The translations under genes and the position numbers were made by a program. From assembly GCA_002189035.1 (NCBI GenBank), contig CM007991.1:1922001-1986000 (forward strand): a stretch of DNA of 64,000 nucleotides, given 5' to 3'. Positions 28,470 through 42,311 of the stretch are shown piece after piece (the stretch's first letter is position 1; every line of letters begins with the position of its first letter). Origin of the DNA: Utricularia gibba. Lineage: Eukaryota > Plantae > Magnoliophyta. The notes beneath the pieces are model-generated. The model saw only the letters and a program-made list of their open reading frames with translations, had not been told where the DNA came from and did not search any database.

Positions 28470-29842
28470 ATGAATAGCTCAAGAAATTCAAACATTCATA
28501 GCTCTGGAGATCCGGCCCCCGTCCGGCGACAACCGCCAGATTTATCAGAAGAGTTCTCCTTTCGGGTATCCGGGGGAACCCGGACGGCCAGCAGCCGACC
28601 TCCCCGGTCATGTCGCCGTTCAACTCTACATCATCATTCCAATCGCCGCCAGCGTCGTGGGACATTCCGACGTCGCCATGGACATCCTCCGTCATTACAA
28701 ACAAGGATTCATTATCTTTCCGGACCGGGCTGATGGGTTCCCTCGTCCGGCAAGAAGGCCATATATATTCTCTCGCAGCCGCCGGTGATCTCCTATACAC
28801 CGGCACGGAGAGCAGAAACATCCGTGTATGGAAAAACCAGAAGGAGTTCTCAGCCTTCAAGTCGAGATCGGGCCTTGTGAAGGCGATCGTCATCTCCGGG
28901 GACCGGATTTTCTCCGGCCACCAAGACGGAAAAATCCGGGTTTGGAAGATGTCTACCAAAGACCCAAGATCTTATAAACAGGTCGGAACTATGCCCACAT
29001 TCAAGTCGTTGATCAAAGGATCATTCAATCCCAGCAACTACATTGAGTCAAGAAGGAACAATCATGCATTGTGGATCCAGCACACAGACGCCGTTTCAAG
29101 TCTGAGCCTCAGCGAAGACAAATCCCTGCTGTACTCGTGCTCGTGGGATCGAACGTTTCGGGTTTGGAGAATCTCCGATTCGAAATGCGTCGAATCCGTT
29201 TCCGCCCACGACGACGCGGTGAATTCGATTGTTTCCGGCTTCAACGGCCTGGTTTTCACGGGCTCCGCCGACGGAACGGTGAAGGTGTGGCGGCGGGAGT
29301 TCGTTGGGAAGAACACGAAACACGTGCTTTGGCAGACATTGTTGAAACAAGAATGCGCGATCACGGCGTTGGCGATCGATTCGTCTGATTCGTTTTTCTA
29401 CTCCGGATCCTCCGATGGGATGATTAATTTCTGGATGAAAGGAAAGTTCCTGTCGCACGGCGGCGTGTTGAGAAGCCATAAGTTGGCGGTGTTGTGTCTG
29501 GCGGCGGCGGGGAACTTGTTGTTCAGTGGATCGGCGGATACCAACATCTGCGTGTGGCGAAGGGAGGGTGGGATTCACTTTTGCTCGGCGGTCCTGATTG
29601 GGCACGGCGGGCCCGTGAAATGCTTGGCGGTGGAAGAGGAGAACGGCAGCATCGACGGCGGCGGAGGGCGATATGTAGTCCACAGTGGAAGCATCGATAA
29701 GTCGGTGAAGATATGGAGAGTGGTGGCCCCTTCACCCCGAGATCAACAACGTCAGTCGACGTCGCCACCGGTTCAGAACCCCGGCGCCTCGCCGGGACTC
29801 CCCGCCCTTCCAAGCTTTAGCTTCCCCACGCAAAAGCAATAA
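28470..29842 (+). CDS. Intronless WD40 protein, JINGUBANG-like
   Basis: [71 protein letters not shown]. The ORF from 28610 is intact; the upstream ATG 28470 joins it if the C4 run at 28602-28605 is C5. Confidence 0.9.
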
Positions 29843-30060
29843 GAATGGCGAAAAACTCGATTTTTTATTATTCAAAATTGGATTATTGTATTTGAATAAT
29901 ATAAAAATTAAGGAAAAAAAAAAGGAAGAAGACGCAGACGCTGCCGAGAAACAAGAATGAAGGAAGATGTGTTGTTACTACAGAGCAAGTCCGTCCATTC
30001 CTGAGTTCCGTGTTGTTAGAGGGAGAAAAGAAGAGTACTGTTGCTAAACACACAAGTGTC

Positions 30061-32774
30061 TCATTCTCCGACAAGCTCCTCCGGCACCGGAAAAAGTTGG
30101 CCGTCTTTACAAAACGAAGGTTCCAGAAATTTCGCAACGAATGCCCACAGCTTGTAGACATCCTCGAAGTCGGTCAGGAAGCCCAGTGATGCTGTCACCG
30201 CTTCTATTCTGAGGAACCCCGCCTTACCCTTCTGCCATTCATTTTTGATCGCTTGCTGTTTACCTGAGGGATCGCCGCGACTCGAAGATCCGCGATGCTG
30301 CTTGCCGGTGTTCACGATTCGTATGTGGCTGAGTATTCCAACACCCAGTGAAATGCCATGCTCGTCACCCAGCTTTTGAACAGCTTCTGGCCTGATGAGG
30401 CCTCCATTCCTGTCTCGCACGTTGAATGCAACCGCTGCACCTCTTTCGTACTTGATCTTTGGGCCGTAGATTTCTACCAGCGGCACGCTTTCGTCGCTGT
30501 TGGAACCGGGGAGTCTGAGCTGCAGCATGGAGATGACGAGCCAGTTGATCAGAAACCTTAGGCGTGATGTGGTTTTGTTGAGACCAAGCATGCTGATGTG
30601 ATCCAGATGCCGACAGATTATCTCAGGCTCATTCCTGTCTGAATCTTGTGCATCGCCATAGTCTCCATAGGTTATATACTCGTCGTCATCGTCTTCACGG
30701 ATGGATGGCTCTCCCGGCTCCATAACACGACTGATGTGATCCTCTGTGCTGAGGGATACTCTTCCTATCCGGCTGCTTGGCTCTGTCTCTTCAGCTCCAA
30801 AGAATCTGCTGCTAGATAACAGGCCACTTCTTTTTCTCTCCCTCCTGTCGAATAACCTGAATTCACCTTCTGTTTCTCTTGTTATCGCGTTGTCTTTCCC
30901 AAAACTATAAGATTTATCGATGTCAAGCTGTTCTTCAATGCCATGAATATCATCCTGTTCACCTGTCCCACGCTTGTGTTCTTCCTCTGGGATTTCCTCA
31001 GAGTGATCAACTTCATGAGAAACAGATCTAACAGCTGCATCAAATGACAGTACTTGACCGCCCTCAACATGCTGCCCCGAATCAGTTCCCTGTCGAAGAG
31101 AGGGCTCTGGAATTCACCAACTTTTGAAGTTGGATTTTTGTTCTTCCTCCGAGAAAACCAAGCTGGTGGAGTGGAGGAAGACATGCTCCCTCTGTTGGAA
31201 TGGCTGGGAGTATCTACTCCCAGAGGGCTTTGGCCTACATCAATGTACAATGAGTTATCTGAGGATCCATCTTCACTGAAAACCGGGCTCCGAATCACCT
31301 CACCAACTGAAACACTCTCTGTGTCTCTGAACATGGTGCTTGCACCATCTCTGTCTGATGCATTGTCATGCTCCATCTCACTCTCCACCTCCAGGACATC
31401 CATCACTTGGGAAGAGGTGAACGCGCCGGAGAATGCCGGCATTTCGGAATGGTGGTGAGCTTCTGTATTATTAGCTTCACCATTTACGTCTCCACTGGCT
31501 TGTCCATCATCAGTGAATCCAAGAAAATGGTCTGAGTCGCTCAGGTACATCGGAAAAACAGGCAAAATCTTCACCATTCCCGATCCAGTTCTACCACATT
31601 GATTCTGAATGCTTGGCATAACAGACTTCTTGATCAGCAGGCACCCGAATCCTGATGGATCATAACCGAACACCTTGTAGAATGAGGTTATGATGAAATC
31701 TGGCCTAAACAAAGACAACCCAAGAGAATCCATGTCTTTGGGACCCAGTGCTCCAGCATCAAGCAACACATGCCAGTTGTTTTGCTGAGCCAGAGCCATC
31801 CACTGATACGAGTACTTTGCACCAGTGACTCTTGACTGAACTGGGAAGACGAAGAGACCAGAAGCTGAATCCTTTTTCCTCTTTTTCTTGCTTGAAATTT
31901 GCTTCCTCAAGTCAGCTGAACAAAGCTTAAGACTAGGCCATTTAAACCATGCACTATCAACCTTTGCGCCTTTTTCTCTAGCACTCTGTGCCATCCAACT
32001 CACAGACTGGCTCTCATGATCAAACATTGTCAATAATCTACGGTTCATCTGAAAGGGGTACGATTCAGCCAGCAATTTGAAGGCTGAGCCACGGCTCACG
32101 GTGAAAACCAGACCGTATTCATTCTCAGGGATGTTCAAATAATCCATTATTCTAGTTTTGATATCATGTTCTGCTGTCCCACTCTCAGCTCCACCATACA
32201 GGGCATGATTACTCAAATTAGCACTGATCTCAGACAAACTAAAAGTAGATGATTCTGAGTAATTAACCGTTTGCAGCAATGAAAACAGCCCAAAACCACA
32301 GTAATCAAGGCACACCTTTGAAGCATCTCCAGAGAGATGAGAGTACTCCCTTGATCGGAGCTGATCAATTGTCTTTGATGACTGATAATCCGGGTACATC
32401 GTTGTGAACTTGGTGAACGCCTGATCAAGCTGTGGAATAGAATGTTCTGACTCGTATGTCCGCTCTGCTGCAAGTGCTGTGGCAGTGAGGAAATCTTTCC
32501 GGGCATTAAGTCGAGCCAAGGACCGTGATCTGCACAAGTCCTCATCTTGAACAGCCAAAGACTCATGATCAATGTACTGCGATTTCTCCAGGGTGCCATT
32601 TTCAGATGCTTCTTCAAGGGCCTCCCTGAGCTTGTGCTCTTGCAATTTCTTCAAAACCAAAGGGTTAGCGTTGATTTCATCCATTGAAAGGTTATCCTCA
32701 TCTTTTCTTCTGCTTTTTTTATCCAATACCAAAGAAGCACAATGAGACAACGGATTCCACAATGAAAGATGCAT
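30061..32774 (-). CDS. PLP-dependent transferase fold, molybdenum-cofactor-sulfurase-like protein (At5g66950/At2g23520-like), intronless CDS
   Basis: [78 protein letters not shown], and C-terminal EIICRHLDH...[26 protein letters not shown] -1 shift at 31075-31078 joins the two track ORFs. Confidence 0.92.
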
Positions 32775-33447
32775 CACTCTGAGCAGAAATCCTTGAGGTG
32801 TTCTTGATTTAAACCTCTAAGCAATTCAATTCATCCAAGAAAAAGGGGAGTCAAAGGTAAGGGAATCAATTCCAGAAAAAAAGGGGAGCTTCTCCTGAAA
32901 AAAAGTTGCATTCAACGACAAACCATTAGGAGAACATTTCAAAAACACAAGTTGTGAAAGAAGTGTAACAGGAAGAAATCGAATAACTAAAGACCACCGA
33001 GTGGATCCAGGAGCAATGTCTGTATATGCAGACAGTAACAAAATCAAATGTACACAGGATGCCCGGAGAATGTAGAAAAAAGAAGACTTCTGTAACTGAA
33101 ATCATTTCTGCAAATGCTTAATCACAAAAACTGGAAGTGGCCATCGAAAAAAGCGACGTAAAGAGAAAACCCATATGCTTAAGAAACCGCAAAGCCAAAG
33201 GCGTTCACAGAAAATGCTCATGGAGCAACTAATTTTATCAAGATTACCTTTTGGAAGGAGGAATAAAGAGAACTCCACTCCGAAACACAAAACCGCATTA
33301 CCAGCTTGAAAATCAAAAAGGGAAGAACCAACCAACTTCTACGCCTTCATCTTCCTCCCCTAAATTATTACCTGAACTGCTGCAGCGTCGAAAAACTAGT
33401 TCGTATTTCAATAGTTTGTTTATGCGCCAGGAGTAATTCGAGCTTCG

Positions 33448-33468
33448 CTCTCTCTCTCTCTCTCTCTC
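33448..33468. repeat. (TC)n microsatellite in the leader/promoter of the MOCOS-like gene
   Basis: ctctctctctctctctctctc read directly. Confidence 0.85.
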
Positions 33469-34093
33469 CCCCTCTCCCTCTCCCCCTTTTTCACTGTTTT
33501 TCCCCCTCTGCAGTCCTGCAAATAGCATTTAAGAGAGACCCTCCTCACCCAATGGCATTTACTCCACTTGTGAATCCAAAAACATCCCACCATTAAATGC
33601 GACAACCCCACCTCGCTGCTCTCCCTCACACTCACACTGCCCATATTTGCATATACATTCACGTAGGTGCAGCCATTGATCCCGATACCCATCGCCCTCG
33701 TGATTACAATTTGTGATGGACTCGTTAACTAACATAAGGCCATTTATGGATGGCGCACAAACATGCTCCAAAGAAGGAGATGATACCCACTACCTAACCT
33801 AACATGACTCATGAGGTGGGTAGTTCAGTTGCATTTGAATTCAAACCCATGGTTTAAACTTTCAACCTTTTCCACTAAATGGTAATTCGTCTCAGTATTT
33901 CAACGAACAAAATAACTTTACACAGAAAATCACTGAGAGGTTGAACTGGCGTAAAGCTTTTCCAAACTCCAACCACCATAGATGCCTAGCACCTCTTCTA
34001 CACCTGTGTATACAGTCAACTACTTCTAAACATCACTAGGTCGTGCTCCACAGATAAGAAGTTAACTAACTGGTCAGCATTTCGAATCCTTGC

Positions 34094-35780
34094 CTACACC
34101 TCTTCGTCGTAGTCTTCCTCTTCTTCCTCTGGTCGAGAACCAGCTTGCATGATGTGAAGGGTGTCGATGGGCATCCTATCAATCTCAGAGAGAGCAGGAA
34201 AATCCTCAGAAGATGCTGCTGCAGCTGCAGCAGAAGTACAAGCCATTTTGCCTGACCCGTCATCTACTTGGGCATTCAGATCAAAATTCCGTGACCCGGG
34301 TGCTTTTGTATACTCGGTGGAATCATCAATTTTGGACTCATTATCTGGATTAGCAGTGAACTTGGTGCTTGGATGAGTAGCAGTAGAGACAGCTTCAGCC
34401 TCGGTATGAGGGGGTTCTCTTTCAGTTGCCCGGCTTGCCCTTCCACGGCCCCTTCCTCGGCCTCTTCCTCTTCCTCGGACGGCGCCAGTTGTATGGCATG
34501 TTTCTTGCTGCAATAAATTATCACGATGTAAATGAAGAATACCAAGGAAGTCCGAACAATCCATCAAAGCCGGACTGCATCACCTAGGGTACAAGTCATA
34601 AATGGATTTGAGTTAAAATACGAACATCAGAAAAATAAATCATACTGTGATTCCCCTCTTGAGTTCTTCATCACTCCCATTTGTTTCGTTGGAAACAACC
34701 CTCCTGGAAATGAAGTTAAATTTATGATTTAGCAGTTGAGGATGAATCAGAAGCTAACACCAATGGCTAATGAGTTAGCAGAATGAAGGCGCGCAGGAGA
34801 AAAAAGTTTATGAACCTTCTTTTTGATGGGTCGGCTGCACCATCCGAATTGGTAAAGTCAGGAACCTTGCTAACAACTTCCTTCAAAAAGTCAAACACAT
34901 TATAACTTTGGACACATTGCTTTCTGCATGGTGAGGAAAAAAACATGAGGGTTAGATATTTGAAGGAAGCTGATACTCAGTATCAAGGTGCAAAACGCGA
35001 GATAAAACGACATCAAATGCTACAATTTTTAGTTTTTCGGTGAAGAAAGAACAGATTACGGTGGAATAGCACTTACAGATGTAGTGAATTAACAGTTTTG
35101 GCCCCTCTCTGTAAAGTTATGTCATATGTACGGTCACAAAGATCTTGTAGAAACAACTCCAGAGCTTTGGCTGCATGAAAACAAAGACAAGCAATCAGAT
35201 TAAGATTCAACCACACCACGAAAACTAGCAAAGCCGTTCAATAGCATGAGCTTACAGACTAAAACAGGCACTGCCATCGCAATCTTCCCAACATCTTCAT
35301 CAGCCTGCATTATCTTCTTGATCCGAGCCTAGAAATCAGAAGGGTTTATTATTATGCTCCACAAAGCTAAAAATTATTTAAGTTCAAAACTTTAGAGATC
35401 TTTCAGGAGCCCGAAAGACTATAATTTTCGAAAATGACCAGAAAAATGCCAGCTTGATGTAGTTTCTAAACAATTTCATTGGGACTGCTCATCTCTTCTT
35501 TCCTATCCTTCCACAAATAGAAATGTGTTTCTTCCATCATATACCGAATCTGATCTCATCATTTTCAGCATATCAAGACCATTGTGAATAAAAAAACCAA
35601 ATCTCAACATCAACAATTAATACTACAAAAATCAAAACTCATATTCTTCCTTTCAAACAAGCAAGGATCCCATCATGAACCAAAAGTTTATGGACATGCG
35701 CTCTGAAACAGAAGAGCATAGGAGATGAACAAAAGAGATCAACTTACAGCAGGGAAACGTGTATCCAGCTTCTTCCTCAT
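34094..35780 (-). CDS. NC2A: Dr1-associated corepressor NC2-alpha (DRAP1, histone fold)
   Basis: MRKKLDTRFPA|ARIKKIMQADEDVGKIAMAVPVLV|SKALELFLQDLCDRTYDITLQRGAKT..., GRGR repeat, and the tail NFDLN...EEEDYDEEV*. Confidence 0.93.
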
Positions 35781-36270
35781 CAGAAAAAGATTCACGCAGC
35801 CATAGAAGAGTCTAGACAACCAAAACGTCAAGCCCAATACATAAAGAATTTCCAAATCGGGTATGATCCGGAAACACCACAAATATACAGCAGTAAGCTG
35901 AAATTGAGGGCACGGATAGGAAAAAGCACAGCAGATCTAAGCGCATAAACAACTGAATTTCTATCGCCCAGATCCAAAGACCAGATGATGGGTCGCCTAT
36001 TTCTATATACTAGCCCGCATCAAGGGCGATTCCAACAGAGACCTTTTTTTTGTCCCGTTCCCGATTTTGGAGCGAGGGCTGTTCTGTCACGCACAAAGAG
36101 GGGGTACAAGTAGTGAAGCACGTTGTACAAGCTACCGTGGTACCGGATCCTTGTTTTTCCCGCTACTAAAAAGAACAGTATCTGTTACCCTTGACCAGCC
36201 ACAGAATTGGGATTTGATTGGAGAGTGGAATGCCCTCTTGCTGTTGGTGGCAACATTGCGACGCTTCACG

Positions 36271-38492
36271 ATGGCGGACAGAACTCGTCGGCGAGAAAGA
36301 CCCATGAAAAGAGCAGTCTTTACAGCGTCTGGTTCGGATTCCACGAGAACCCACAATTCCAGTGCTCCAGGGAAACGGTTCAATCCAAATGCCACTTGCT
36401 CTAATTGGGACGCTGATGAGGGCAATGAAGAGTTTACCCCTATTGTTGGAACTTGTCTTCTGATGTGCCCAGGTGACTTCTATTCCTCGTTCATGGATTG
36501 GCTGTTTTGTTCACGTAATGTTGACTTGACGTGTTTCTTTTTGCAGCGAAGGAGAGGGCGAGGCGTGAGAGGCTCCGAGATTTAGCGGTGTTTGAAAGAC
36601 TCAATAGGAATCCGGCACAATCTTCTCCTAGTCTTGCAGTCAAAAAGGTTCTAAAACTATTTTCTTTGCCGCTTGATGATAGGCTATGTCGGGTCGCCAG
36701 GTTTGAAGTTCTCGTAACTGCAGTCAGTAATCAATTCCGGAAAAAATGGATGATCTCCTTCGAGTTTTTTCATATTCGACCTTATGTAGTTTTGGATATT
36801 GATATATAATTCTAGTGTTTTTAATAGTTTCTGGCAGTTATTTTTATAATCGCATAGTCAATGTTGCCTGGCAGTGCAGTGACTGTTGATCCTTTTTATA
36901 TGTGCCAGTTCTGCAGAACTGTAATCAGAAAGGATCTGGATGCTTCAGATGTGCGGCCCATCCCAGTTTTGGAGGCCACGCTAAATTATATTCTGAGCAT
37001 TTTACATTCTAGTGACCACTCCTTTGAGATAATTCACGATTTCATCTTTGATAGAACGAGGTCTATTAGACAAGACCTTAGCATGCAGAATGCTGCCAGT
37101 GATCAAGTGATAGCAATGTACCAGAGAATGGTACGATGTCCTTTTTCTTATGCTGCTCATCTCAAGTTATTTATCATGGGTATACTTACGCTGGAGGATG
37201 TTGAAGAAGCATTATGTGACATCATATCGTTTATCCGTAGAATGTGACATAGCTGCTCCATCTCATCATTGTGCTGTAACAGTATAAGCATTGGCCTGTT
37301 GTGATGGCATCTAGCAAAGCATAAGGATGCAGGAATAATATTTTGATGTTTGAGTTTCATATATGCAGGTGAAATTTCATATCATATCCTCTCATCTTCT
37401 TCACAAATGTTCTGGAGCCTCATATGCTCTTTCAATGATTCGTCTAAATCAGGAGCAGCTTATTAAATCCCTGATCTCGTTATTCAATTTGTATGATATA
37501 GCCCGAGCATCAAGTTCTGTTAGCAAGGACGAGCCTGAATTTTTTTCATTTTTTCTTCTGCTTCATCTTGGTTCTGACCCACATGTAATTTCCTGTTCTT
37601 CCAAAAAGTTTGAAATTATTGCATGTGAGACTTTTTCTAAAAAGTTCGATTTTTTGAATTGGCTGTTGAAATACACAGGAGCCCTTATCTTCATGGCTTC
37701 TCCATATTCCTTATCAGATTTTGAGGTCGAGAGAAATGCAGTTTGCTAGGAAACTGCTAAGGTACATCAATCAGGTTCTCAGAGAATATCTGCTTCTTCT
37801 GATCTCTGATTTCTTTGATGTTCTGTTGAATTTTCGATAGAGACTACCGCATTGGGAATTACAAACGTTTCATCCAGACAGTTGAAGAGGAGGCATCATT
37901 TCTCCAGTATTGCATCATTGAGCCATATATCGATGAGGTCTACCAGTCATTTTTGTTAGCTTGAAGATTCTGTTGCATCATAGATCAAGCTTGAGTAGCT
38001 CGACTGCTTCTTTCCTGTATCCTCGGAACTGACTACTTGGTCCAAATAATTTACATGAAGGTGCGAGTATTGGCATTATCATGTATATGCTATGGAGGAT
38101 ACAAGCTTCAACCGTATCCACTGCTTCACCTATCCAAGCTTTTAATGATGAAGGTAGAGATTCTTTGTTCATCAGCATCCTGCACATTTTGGCTAATCAC
38201 ATGTGTCAGCTCAAACTTTTCATTGGTTGTTTATTCAGGAACATGACGTTGAATCCCTTTGCAATGACTGCGATGTCAACCTGATTTCAGATGACAATGG
38301 AAAGGGGTTGGTATCCAGCCACAAATTGGTTAAAAAACGTCCGGAATTACTTCAAAAGTACTATCCAATGCATTCGGAACGCATCAAAAGGTTGATCTTA
38401 AACACAATGCATTCATGCCAAACCTTTACAACCAGTTAACCAATCCTAGTTTCTGCTTCAGGTTATGTTCTCTGAAATGGAAGCTATTATAG
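36271..38492 (+). CDS. SAC3C: SAC3/GANP family protein C (TREX-2 type); 3' end approximate
   Basis: [10 protein letters not shown]|[19 protein letters not shown]...LAVKK|FCRT...DVRP...[17 protein letters not shown] and [17 protein letters not shown]. Confidence 0.88.
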
Positions 38493-38994
38493 ATGGTTGA
38501 TGTGACTTGGTGTATAGGTGAATCGTTGTGCAATGATGTAGGGTGGTGTGCATAGAGTGTGACCTTAGTTCGTTGAGTGCTGCTTCACAGCTTTCATTGA
38601 ATCTGTAATTGGAAGTTTGTGCAAACATACATAACATGTTCATTGTAGATGGGGTTCTGCTGATGTATCTAGAACCAGGTTTTTGCGATTCATTGACACT
38701 ATTGGGGTGTGTTAGAGTAGGTATTTTGGAACACCAAATCTGAAACCGTAGCCAACTAAATGTTGCATTTGGCAAGTAGGAGCCACAAAGGGCTGCATCA
38801 TATCTGAGTATATAAGAGAAGGATTCATTCCTCAGTCCTAGAGTTGGTAAAAACAATGTCAAAAAGATTACAGGTACAAATAGCTTTAGTGGTAATCCAG
38901 GACTATGGAAAGTGAACTTCATACTTTGGTCATTGCATAGAAAGTGCACTTCCAAAAGATAACTGGATAAACGAACGGGTTATGCAGCACCTAT

Positions 38995-40905
38995 TCAGGG
39001 AATTTCTGATATTTGACAGGCAGCAGGCATGTTATTCCAGGGGCAGGATCCAAGGCCAGATGTAGAAGAACGATTCTTTGAGTCATCACCCAGAGACGCT
39101 TCACTCGAACCAATAGGGCAGTTTTCCGGGGGAAGCAGAGAATTCTGGAGATTCCCGCAAGATTCAAGTAATGTATCAGGCCTGGAATAGTCCAGACTAT
39201 GCGTACCATTTTTCATTTCATCTACTAGCGTCCACCTTTCGTCTGCAGTCTCTGATTTTAAGTGGTGCACTGCATGAATCAAAGTAAGATATCATCAGAG
39301 CAATTTTCGAACACAGTTTACAACTTCTTCAAAGGCATGAATCTTACCAATAATGTCTTCCAATGAACTTCCCATGGTGCTAGTAGGGGTTCTTCCATTG
39401 GGAACTGATCCACCTGCATTATCTAAGGTAGAGATTGGATTGAAATTGACTTTACCGGTTACGCATGCGTTTAAGGCAGAATCACCAGTTGCATCCCCAG
39501 CGCTGACATCGCATGAAGTCGCCCAGCAGGCAGAGTGACTCTCCGGCTTGCTCAGAGCCTTAGCTCCATAGATTAAATCTTCCAACAGGCCACTACTTCC
39601 TGAATAAGGGCAATTCCACGAGAGGCCCCCTGATACTGGAGAATGGGTCACAGCATCAGATGGTTTGGATTTTGGATCCCAGAAACCTAAATTGGTCTCT
39701 TGATATTGGAGTGAAGGGAGCTCCAGCTTCTGAGCATCTATCGGATGCTTCGAAGCAGAGGGAAAAATGCTAGATACACAATGAGTATCTCGATCGAAAC
39801 TGAGGTCACCAGAGAACTTCATGCTGAAAGACTGAGAATGACAATTAATCGCTCCATAAGTAGTACCAAACAGAGGTGGTTCACTAGCATCACTGCTTTC
39901 ATGGCCTAGTATGGGTTTATCTGGCCCTTGAGCAATAGTGTAACCATGAGGAGATAAAAAAACGTCGTCGCATGAGTGTCTAGGAGATATACCATATTCT
40001 GGTTTCTGTTGAAAAATACTAAAAAGACCAGACATGGCATCAGATTTCGTGTGGCCATTAAACTGAAGGAGGGTATCATCATGACATGCAAAATCTCCAG
40101 AGCAGTTGCTAGGTGAGCTAAGTGGCTGATGACTCTTCGATTGTGCAGGAAGGTACAGATTAGGAGGATAAATCGGTAGACCAGCACGCTGATGTCTCTT
40201 TATTCGAGTATTCCAGTAGTTCTTTATCTCATTGTCCGTCCTCCCAGGCAACTGAAACACAGTAAGCCATTTAACATGTTAGGAAAAACTAAAGGTAGAT
40301 ATTTTTGCGGGACTTTTTGTTGGCCCATGTTTGAAATGATATGAGTAACGCTGAGAATCTTTAAGCATATGAAAGAAGGCTCCATGAAATAAAGCTTAAA
40401 CAAACCACCCTTATGAAAACCACTGTCAGATTTCTCACTAGCCTATCGGTAAAACAAATAGTGTACATCAATCAATGAACATATTAATTATCGATAATCA
40501 TCAAAACACGAAACCCGACGGGAAGGCAAAGAAACTTACGTGTGCAGCCATTCTTGCCCATTTATTTCCCATCTTAGCATGAAGTTCGATTATTATTTTC
40601 TCTTCTTCTAATGTAAACGCTCCTTTTTTGAGGTTTGGCCTCAAGTGGTTAGCCCAACGCAGACGACAGCTCTTTCCACACCGCGCAAGTCCCGTGTGTT
40701 TCTGAACTGCATTCCAGTTACCTTCGCCATTCTTCTTCACATAATCCATCAAAACTGCATCTTCAGCTGATGTCCATGGGCCTTTCTTCAGTATCATACC
40801 ATTATCACTTGATTTTCCACCAATACTGTCACCTTCATTACAACTCAGTGGTGAATTTGCAGAGTATGCACCATCCTCACTCTCAGAAGCACTATTTTGT
40901 CCCAT
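38995..40905 (-). CDS. GAMYB: GAMYB-type R2R3-MYB (MYB33/65-like), 3 coding exons
   Basis: LKKGPWTSAEDAVL...GLARCGKSCRLRWANHLRPNLKKG, LPGRTDNEIKNYWNTRIKRHQRAGLPIYP (Box1), KLELPSLQY (Box2), SCPWNNMPAACQISEIP* (Box3). Confidence 0.95.
39706..39725 (-). promoter_or_regulatory. miR159/miR319 target site in the GAMYB CDS
   Basis: Sense strand reads TGGAGCTCCCTTCACTCCAA, the canonical GAMYB miR159 site. Confidence 0.93.
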
Positions 40906-42311
40906 TCTCCTACTTCAGAGATTGAGAAAGAAAACTTTCACTCCAAACTCCGTGAACACTACCCCAACTGCTCAAAAAAAATCATGAGATGCATCCACAA
41001 ACTCACGAGTAATAAATAAGAAATCAATACTACCTGGAGATAAGCAGTCATCATAAATGAAGCAGAAGATACTAAAAGCATGTACAACAAGTTGTAGCAT
41101 AAAGACACTATAAATAAAGACTGTGATGAACCCGCTCTGAAACCATCCAAGATAAACGAAATGCACAACCCTGAAAACCAATAGCTTACCAAATCCGGAT
41201 ACGAAGATAAACCAGCAAAATCCCACTTCATTTCTCTTCCGGATCTAATAAATGTCCACTTACCAACAAATCATAGGTGTCCAAAATGCACCCTCAATAA
41301 ATGCGAGTTTGACGTAATAATTGCAACCACGTACATACAGATCTCCACTGATCAACCACAATCACACATTCAATTCCACCACCGCAAACAATCACAATCC
41401 ATCCTGCTCGGGGGTTCTACTAAATGCAATAACCATTGTAATCGAACCTACCTGATCCAGCAGGATCGCACAAGGCTGATTGTAAGCAAGCACAAACAAA
41501 AAACAGAACGGCGGCGGAGGGTGAACCGGAGAAGGAAGCCGAGGGGACCATGTGGAGTCTGGAGAAGATGAATGCAGCGGAATGCATCTATATATATTGA
41601 CACACATGTATCATAGAAAGAGAGAGAGAGAGATGACTGAGCGCATGTATGTATTGTATGTATGTACATGCCAACTTTGGCATGGTGGTCCCTAAAAATT
41701 GCCTAAATAAGGAATTGGTCCTTGGTACTTCCACCTGACCTGCCCCACCCATTCCATTTTCCCATTTTATTTAAATTTAAACAACAATTTTTTTTTAATT
41801 TTTTTAAAAAATGACACAAGTTTGCCGTACTAACCAACTACTGCCAGCGCGTACTGCGTACCGTGTCCTACTCCGCCGCCACTTGATGTTTGATTTTTGT
41901 TATTTTCAGATTAAATGGGAATATATGGAGTGTCGGAATGTGAACTACGTGTCTTCCATCTCCCAAAGGTTAGAGAGTTGGACACGGGACGAGACATGGG
42001 TTGCTGCAACGCCATACCGTACGCTCCCATGCACGTCATCGGATGCCAACTTCGACATCTCTCGGGTGGGTTGATGGGAAGAAGAGAAAAATTGGTTTAC
42101 TTCATGGGGTGTTTCCAAGAGCCGGGAGATGTGAAAGTCCAAGGGAAGGAAATGAGTGATTCCATTCCCACTTGATGCGTTCCTCCATGTTCGATCACCT
42201 AACCTTGTGTTGGTTTACTTTCCTTTTCAAAGAAGAAGATGATGAATGGATCCGGCCTTCTGGTACCCAGCTCGTCTTCTGAGGTTTCCTGGAATTTGAT
42301 AGAATCCTTGC

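Noticed and set aside
28405-29813. Long antisense ORFs (184 aa, 195 aa and others) opposite the WD40 gene, and similar ones opposite PADRE
   Set aside because: Expected shadows of GC-rich coding sequence; no recognisable domains.
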